From: Clostridia bacterium
GTDB taxonomy: Bacteria; Bacillota; Clostridia; Christensenellales; UBA1242
Length of the DNA stretch: 60,440 nt
Assembly: GCA_045639255.1 (NCBI GenBank)
Contig: JAZUCT010000007.1
Location: forward strand, 1 to 60,440
Reading direction: 5' to 3'
The position numbers and the translations under genes are program-made. Numbering within the stretch: position 1 is the first letter of the stretch; each line of letters starts with the position of its first letter. The notes beneath the pieces were generated by a model. It was not told the origin of the DNA. It ran no database searches and saw only the letters and a program-made list of their open reading frames with translations. Positions 55,017-60,440 of the stretch are shown here, piece by piece.

Positions 55017-57017
55017 CTAATATATAGAGGTTTCTTCTCGCTTTTTCGCTATATAATAAAAACGGTGAGACCTACCATTAGTCCCACCATTAGGATTGAT
55101 ATATAGGTGAATTATATTATCAATCGCTTTTAGATCAGCAGATATTCCATTAAGTTCTTTTCCAACATTTTTAGGATTTGGATTTATAGGAAATCCGTTG
55201 GGATATAACTTGCCGAGTTCTTCTATAAACTTAGTCGAAGAACCACTCCAATCTCCATTATGCATTGCTAATAAATGTTTAATAGTTATCACATAAGGAT
55301 TATTATTGTATTCTTTAAGTTTCTTTTTATGGGCTTCTTCTTCGGCTGTGCCAATCTTATACCAGGTCATATCGTCGTTTTGACTTATAGTCCAGTTATC
55401 GCACCTTATCTTTCTACCTGTAAAAGCGAATTGAACTTCTTGTTCGCCACGCTTTCTATCCAATAAAAAAATACAGTCAGCACTTGCCATAAGCCCATTA
55501 GTTCCACTAATCTTAGCAAATGGATCGCCATCTGTATCTCTATCTTTCATTTTATTGGTGTGATGAATAATGATTATTGCAATATGCAACTCATCAGCAA
55601 GTTTTTTCAGTGTGGATATATCTCTATAATCATGTGCATACATGCTTTCGCCATAGGCTGATGCACTTCGCACTTTTTGAAAAGTATCCACAACTACACA
55701 TTTTATCTCTGGATTTCGCTTTATATTTTCAGCAATATATTCCATTAATGTAGGTCTATCTTTGTCAACTTTGTCCATTGGATATATTTCGTAAGATATA
55801 AAAAAGTTGGCTGGTGCAGTTTTACCTTTCAACATCATTTTAAGTCTTGTTTGAGATAGGCTTTCATCATCTTCGAGAGCCATATACCAACAAGCATGTT
55901 TTGATGTAGGTTTATCTAAAAATTTGTCCCCGTTACTTATAGATAAACAAAGGTTTTGCACAAACCAACTTTTTCCAATTTTAGATGCACCACATATAAT
56001 GCTTAGTCCTGTAGGGAATAAATCGTTGACCAACCAATTCACGGGTTTTAATGTCATATTTGTTATTTCCTGTGCCGACTTTAAATCTCCATACGATGTG
56101 CATTTGCTGAAAAACTCGTTTCTTGCTTTTACAATATTCTTTACTAACGACTCCGATGATTTCTTTAACAAATCATTAGGGTCTTTTTCTTTGCCAGATA
56201 TATTACATATAACATATCTGATTCTTTTGGCTTTGAAATATGTTACAAATTCGTCTGTATATCTTGCACCAGTGTCATCATTGTCTAAGGATAGAATAAA
56301 CCCCAGATTCGATATTTTCTTGCCTTTAAGTGCCTTATCTAATTTTGAAACACCACCACCGCCACATATCGCAATTGCTTTTGAGTTATATTGTTCAACG
56401 CTCATTGCACATATTGGACTTTCAACAATAAATATTGGCTCATTATCTTTATCGTTGATTACATTTTCATTATAGATTGGCTCTGCACCAACATCATTTG
56501 TAGGTGGTTTCCAAAATCTTTTTTCATTAATATATCGAATTTGTCCATAATTCATTTTGCCATTGTAAGGTATTGTTACTGCCTTTTTAACTTTATCATA
56601 GCCAAGCCTATGTTTCTTAATTGTTGTAGGTAACAAACCTCTTTTAATAAAGTAATCTGTTTGATCAATGTCTTTCTCACATGCAAGCAGATACTTTTTA
56701 ATATCAATTTTCTTTTTGCTTTGCTCTTTAAAACTGAGCCCTAGGTTAAAATCTTCATTAAGCATATTTATTGCTTGGACTTTATCAACTCCTTTATACA
56801 TCATAACAAAGTCAATAACACTGCCACTTTTATCGCACCCAAAGCATCTAAATGTATTATTGTCTTTCAGTATTGATAACGACGGACTCTTTACATCTTG
56901 ATGATCTGGAAACGGACAATGGCATTTATTATCTCTGTTAAATGTTGCAAGGGAGTAATGCTCAATAACATCCTTTATGGATAAACGATTTTTAACCTCT
57001 GTAAAAATGTTTTCCAT
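55017..57017 (-). CDS. primase-helicase fusion (CHC2 zinc finger, Toprim, RepA/DnaB-like P-loop ATPase)
   Basis: CHCPFPDHQDVKSPS...FRCFGCDKSG zinc finger, Toprim-like IVESPICAMS...LSLDNDDTG, and Walker A GASKIGKSW. AGGAG RBS before ATG 57017. Confidence 0.85.
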   Translation of the reverse strand: MENIFTEVKNRLSIKDVIEHYSLATFNRDNKCHCPFPDHQDVKSPSLSILKDNNTFRCFGCDKSGSVIDFVMMYKGVDKVQAINMLNEDFNLGLSFKEQSKKKIDIKKYLLACEKDIDQTDYFIKRGLLPTTIKKHRLGYDKVKKAVTIPYNGKMNYGQIRYINEKRFWKPPTNDVGAEPIYNENVINDKDNEPIFIVESPICAMSVEQYNSKAIAICGGGGVSKLDKALKGKKISNLGFILSLDNDDTGARYTDEFVTYFKAKRIRYVICNISGKEKDPNDLLKKSSESLVKNIVKARNEFFSKCTSYGDLKSAQEITNMTLKPVNWLVNDLFPTGLSIICGASKIGKSWFVQNLCLSISNGDKFLDKPTSKHACWYMALEDDESLSQTRLKMMLKGKTAPANFFISYEIYPMDKVDKDRPTLMEYIAENIKRNPEIKCVVVDTFQKVRSASAYGESMYAHDYRDISTLKKLADELHIAIIIIHHTNKMKDRDTDGDPFAKISGTNGLMASADCIFLLDRKRGEQEVQFAFTGRKIRCDNWTISQNDDMTWYKIGTAEEEAHKKKLKEYNNNPYVITIKHLLAMHNGDWSGSSTKFIEELGKLYPNGFPINPNPKNVGKELNGISADLKAIDNIIHLYINPNGGTNGRSHRFYYIAKKREETSIY

Positions 57018-57025
57018 AATCACTC

Positions 57026-57208
57026 CTAGTTATTTTGTTCTTTTATCCACTTTTGCAATAAATCGTAGTGAACAACGATTCTTCCACAAACTCGCTTTGC
57101 AGGGTAGAACTCTTTATCGTTTGCAAGTTTGTAGGCTGATGTCATTCCAATACCAAGCAACTGAGCCATCTCTTGGATTGAAATACACATTCTTTCTTTT
57201 TGCTCCAT
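57026..57208 (-). CDS. excisionase-family (HTH_17/AlpA-like) DNA-binding protein (60 aa)
   Basis: ISIQEMAQLLGIGMTSAYKLANDKEFYPAKRVCGRIVVHYDLLQKWI matches the MerR-superfamily excisionase HTH pattern. AAGGAGG RBS. Confidence 0.7.
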   Translation of the reverse strand: MEQKERMCISIQEMAQLLGIGMTSAYKLANDKEFYPAKRVCGRIVVHYDLLQKWIKEQNN

Positions 57209-57399
57209 AATCGCACCTCCTTTTAGACATGAAAAAAGAGAGAACTAAATTCTCCCTTTTTGCGATGTCGATATTAAATTTTTGATAGTGCAAAATTCAC
57301 AAGTTTTTTACACTATCTATATATATTATAATTTTTAGAGCGATTTTGTATCTTTTTTGTAACCTTGAAAAATCAAAATAAATCAAAAAAATCAAAACT

Positions 57400-58155
57400 T
57401 TAATTATCGTTTTTGCCAGGTTTTTCCTGGAGATTTTGATTTTCGAAAACAAATGGTTCTAGCTCGGCTGATTCAAACTCGAAAGTAGCAGGTTTAAGAT
57501 CATTAATTAATTCAGCCAACTGTTGTCTCATTGTATCCAAATCGTTAGGATCTTGAGAGAATGGACGCCCAGTAAATTGTTCGAAAGTTACATCTGCAAC
57601 TTTCATTTTGTAGGCATTATTTGACAAACATTCTATGTAAATTGAAAATAGTTCGGTTTTTGCTTTTTGCAATTTTTTTATTGTCCAACCCTGTGCTTTA
57701 TATTTGTTAACGAACTTTCTCATTGATAATTTATTTATGTAAAGCTCACCTAAAACTAACTTATATTTTCCAAGGTCAGTTTTTCTTGTACACCAATTTA
57801 TAAAGGTTAAGTTCTTTTTTACAAATTCAAATTCGGGAGGTAGGATTCCCCAGTATTTTTTAAGTTCTATTGAGCGCTTGTATCTATGATTATCTCTCTT
57901 GAGATTTTTTAAGATATATCTTGCTTTCATCATAAAATAATATGGATAATCCGCAAGATCTTCATCGTTTGTATAGAATTCCCACTCTGCAAGATCTCTA
58001 AACATCATTTGTCTATTATCTTCTTTAATTTCAGGTTTAAAGTGAGCAGAGCTGTTCGCCTCTAACTCTAAAACAGACTTATAATAAATAGAAGCATCTT
58101 TAACTTCTTTTACCTTTTTAATTTTATCAATACCTAATGTTGTGTACTTTTCCAT
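57400..58155 (-). CDS. hypothetical protein (251 aa from ATG 58155)
   Basis: GAGG RBS and a TGTTATAAT box just upstream of ATG 58155. Possible HTH near residues 150-185. No family recognised. Confidence 0.45.
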   Translation of the reverse strand: MEKYTTLGIDKIKKVKEVKDASIYYKSVLELEANSSAHFKPEIKEDNRQMMFRDLAEWEFYTNDEDLADYPYYFMMKARYILKNLKRDNHRYKRSIELKKYWGILPPEFEFVKKNLTFINWCTRKTDLGKYKLVLGELYINKLSMRKFVNKYKAQGWTIKKLQKAKTELFSIYIECLSNNAYKMKVADVTFEQFTGRPFSQDPNDLDTMRQQLAELINDLKPATFEFESAELEPFVFENQNLQEKPGKNDN

Positions 58156-58220
58156 AATAACCTCAAAATCATTATAACACATAATATCATGAATAGTGTA
58201 GGTTTAATGTTAAATAAATA

Positions 58221-58248
58221 AAAAAGAACGGATTAATTAGTCCGTTCT
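58221..58248 (-). terminator. rho-independent terminator (minus strand) after the methyltransferase/nuclease operon
   Basis: AGAACGGA-8 nt loop-TCCGTTCT with a T-run on the minus strand. Confidence 0.6.
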
Positions 58249-58253
58249 AAATA

Positions 58254-59510
58254 TTATCTATTGTACGATACTGCCAATTTTGTTAGAATTCCATTATAAT
58301 CATTTTCCTCAACTAATTCATAAGAATCATCATCTAAACCTGTTTTAAGCACATACAAAAACTTTCCAAATTCATAAATTCTAAATTCAGCTTCTTGAGC
58401 CAAGTTTTCTTCGATAATAGAAGTTTTTGCAACCAAACATGTATATTGATAGTCTGGATTAATAGATTGAGTTTTATTGTTTGGATGAGCTTTAACAAAG
58501 TGTTGATTTGGAGTAAGGGCAATTAAGTTTTCGTAATATCCAGCAATAACAGGGAACTGTGCCTCTGGGAATATGTGATGAATTTGAGTTGCTGGAATAT
58601 TCTTTTCTGTTTCTTCAAATATTTCAGACAAGCCTCCTCTATAAATATTATTAAACTTTTTAAGATATGCTTTAGCCTTGTTTGAAAGATAAGAGTAGTA
58701 TGCTTGATTTGGCTTATATTTAATTTGAGATACATAATCTTTTCGTGAAACAGATTTTGGTTTGTTTGCATAAATATCTCTAAAGTTATCTCTGTTATAC
58801 ATCATCATATCATAAGAGATAATATCTTTGGATATAGTTCCTCTTTCTGATCCTTTTAGGTTTCTAGCATAAGCTAATGGATTTAATACTTTAGTAAATA
58901 TTCTTCCACATTCCGTTCTTCCTGCATCAGGGTTATTTCCAGTTTTGCTACCAATGTCTGTATATTTCTTTGTAAAAACATAGAAATCCTCTTTAACCAT
59001 ATCATAACTCATCTTATCTTGCTTATTTAAGAAATTATCAAATGATGAATATAATCCAGAATCCTGTAAAACTTTTGTAATATATAAATTCAAAAATACA
59101 AGAACATTTCTCTCTCTGATCGCTAAGTGTTGTAAAATTTCTTCATTTACCACTTTATAAATATTTTCTCTTCCTTTTTTTGTTTCAGAAAGAACGCCAG
59201 CATAAGCAAGTAATTTCATTGGTTGTTGAAAGAACTTGTCATACTCATTTTCTGCAGAATCAGACTCAACATTTACTTTTTTGAAAATATTTTGTATATT
59301 TTCTACAGAATATTTACTATACCAAATATCACGAGAAGTGAATTCTACGTCTCCGTTTTCTTGATAATAATTTAAAACACAGTCAGAAATTATACAAATT
59401 ACATCCGCTGTACACTTTTGATCAATCCATCTTGCATTACCTGTTTTTCTAACATCATAATCATGGGTATTTATAAATTCTAATATATCTTTATCTGTTA
59501 AAAATTTCAT
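58254..59510 (-). CDS. putative HNH-motif endonuclease (418 aa), restriction-enzyme candidate
   Basis: C-terminal H311-H312...N328...N335-x-H337...H342 pattern (IHHIFPEAQFP...NLIALTPNQHFVKAHPNN). Its ATG overlaps the upstream stop by 1 nt (TAATG). The large N-terminal region is unrecognised. Confidence 0.45.
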   Translation of the reverse strand: MKFLTDKDILEFINTHDYDVRKTGNARWIDQKCTADVICIISDCVLNYYQENGDVEFTSRDIWYSKYSVENIQNIFKKVNVESDSAENEYDKFFQQPMKLLAYAGVLSETKKGRENIYKVVNEEILQHLAIRERNVLVFLNLYITKVLQDSGLYSSFDNFLNKQDKMSYDMVKEDFYVFTKKYTDIGSKTGNNPDAGRTECGRIFTKVLNPLAYARNLKGSERGTISKDIISYDMMMYNRDNFRDIYANKPKSVSRKDYVSQIKYKPNQAYYSYLSNKAKAYLKKFNNIYRGGLSEIFEETEKNIPATQIHHIFPEAQFPVIAGYYENLIALTPNQHFVKAHPNNKTQSINPDYQYTCLVAKTSIIEENLAQEAEFRIYEFGKFLYVLKTGLDDDSYELVEENDYNGILTKLAVSYNR

Positions 59511-60079
59511 TAATTTCTCCTATCATTTAATAGATCTTTTATATCAAGAAGACAACTTGTTTTAATTGGTAGTGCTGAAAAAGGATATAATCCACCGTCT
59601 GGTCTCTTATTTGTAATTTTATAATTGCTTATAAGATAGTTAGTATATTGGTATCCAATAGGATACCATTTTGAATAATCTCCTCTTTTAAAAGCACCAA
59701 AAATAACAATATTATATTTGCTTAATAATGGCACTTGTCCCTGATTTATCAATCTTCTACCAAAAACATCATCATCTCTGACTTGTCTATTAATTACTTT
59801 ATTAAAATATGGCTCTGGTATGGTTTCTGTTTTTACATCATATACTAAACTTTGAATTTCGCCATCACCAGAATCAATGGTAAAATAATTTTCTCTGATT
59901 TGATCCTTGAAATTTATCCCTAAAAGTTCAGACATGGCAAATTCCCCAAGAAATCCTATCATATCTCTATCATGTTCTGTTAAATGTTCTACAGAAAAGT
60001 GATGCTTTATAAAGGGGTCTCTTCTTTTTATTTCAATATTGGCTCTATCAACCATTTCTTTAGTTATTGGTACAAACAT
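59510..60079 (-). CDS. putative PD-(D/E)XK-fold nuclease (189 aa)
   Basis: E46...D69/D72...D81-V-K83 pattern (GEFAMSE...IDSGDGE...YDVKTE). AAGGAG RBS. Overlaps the methyltransferase stop by 20 nt. Confidence 0.4.
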   Translation of the reverse strand: MFVPITKEMVDRANIEIKRRDPFIKHHFSVEHLTEHDRDMIGFLGEFAMSELLGINFKDQIRENYFTIDSGDGEIQSLVYDVKTETIPEPYFNKVINRQVRDDDVFGRRLINQGQVPLLSKYNIVIFGAFKRGDYSKWYPIGYQYTNYLISNYKITNKRPDGGLYPFSALPIKTSCLLDIKDLLNDRRN

Positions 60080-60440
60080 TTTTTCTCCTTATTCCAAAGT
60101 AAAATATTGAATTACGATCAATATTTAACGATCGTGTTCCATAATTTCTTGCAACGCGATAATATTGTCTAAACTCATCAGTTTCAAAGATTTCTAGATC
60201 TTTCTCATTAATATCTTTTGTTGTTTCCAACAAAGCAACAGAACCATCTGCTAAACAATCTTTAGGTAAAAAGCATGCTCTTGGGCTATAGGACAAATTA
60301 GGAATACAAATCACATTTGGTTTATTTAAATACTTATTAATTGCAAAATTATCTATATTGTCTAAATACAAATCGTATCCTGGCAGATCAATAATTTTAT
60401 TTGTAGCAATGTTTCTTGATCTTAAAATTCTATATTTACC
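60060..60440 (-). CDS. C-terminal part of a DNA methyltransferase (TaqI-like target-recognition domain); 5' part lies outside the window
   Basis: The frame stays open to the window edge (GKYRILRSRNIATNKIIDLPGYDLYLDNID...). GKY.ILR.RNI and NIDRNSIFYFG resemble the C-terminal specificity domain of gamma-class N6-adenine methyltransferases. Catalytic motifs are not visible. Confidence 0.5.
   Translation of the reverse strand, partial: GKYRILRSRNIATNKIIDLPGYDLYLDNIDNFAINKYLNKPNVICIPNLSYSPRACFLPKDCLADGSVALLETTKDINEKDLEIFETDEFRQYYRVARNYGTRSLNIDRNSIFYFGIRRKNVCTNN

Larger units (their letters stand above)
50005..60440. mobile_element. integrative element abutting the tRNA-Arg 3' end (two integrases, excisionase-like genes, primase-helicase, restriction-modification-like cargo); far end lies beyond the window
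   Basis: The gene content listed below starts directly after the tRNA. Nearly all genes are co-oriented toward the tRNA. No second att copy was seen inside the window. Confidence 0.7.

Noticed and set aside
55924-56475. 183-aa plus-strand ORF antisense to the primase-helicase gene.
   Set aside because: The minus-strand frame carries zinc-finger, Toprim and Walker A motifs. The antisense ORF is low-complexity and has no signals.

Overview
AT-rich (about one-third G+C by eye, not computed) Bacillota-type chromosomal segment, standard genetic code. 1-13.4 kb is housekeeping: a membrane-protein/YxjI-like operon, rpiB with an LMW phosphatase, deoB, dinB with a LexA box, tRNA-Asn, a pseudouridine synthase, proS, a J-domain protein, a DHH phosphoesterase, NfeD-SPFH and an esterase. 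13.4-36.8 kb (about 39% of the window) holds two tandem, paralogous giant lipoprotein genes of about 4,670 and 3,100 aa, built from Ig-like repeats and GLUG-motif modules. The larger one also carries a BspA-type LRR tail. 37-49.4 kb is housekeeping plus sporulation remnants: a TtcA-like PP-loop ATPase, spoIIID with a sigma-E-like promoter, acpP, a SpoIIQ-like M23 peptidase, rubrerythrin, an orphan HicB-like protein, tmk, typA and several unrecognised proteins. 49.5-50.0 kb is a tRNA-Arg(CCU) locus where two orphan 40-nt tRNA 5' halves precede the intact gene. From 50.0 kb to the window edge lies an integrative element. It carries two translationally coupled tyrosine recombinases, excisionase-like genes, a primase-helicase, iteron-like repeats and a methyltransferase-linked operon with two different nuclease-motif proteins. 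The methyltransferase runs off the window. No CRISPR array, rRNA or transposase was seen. All family calls come from motif recognition by eye, not from searches.
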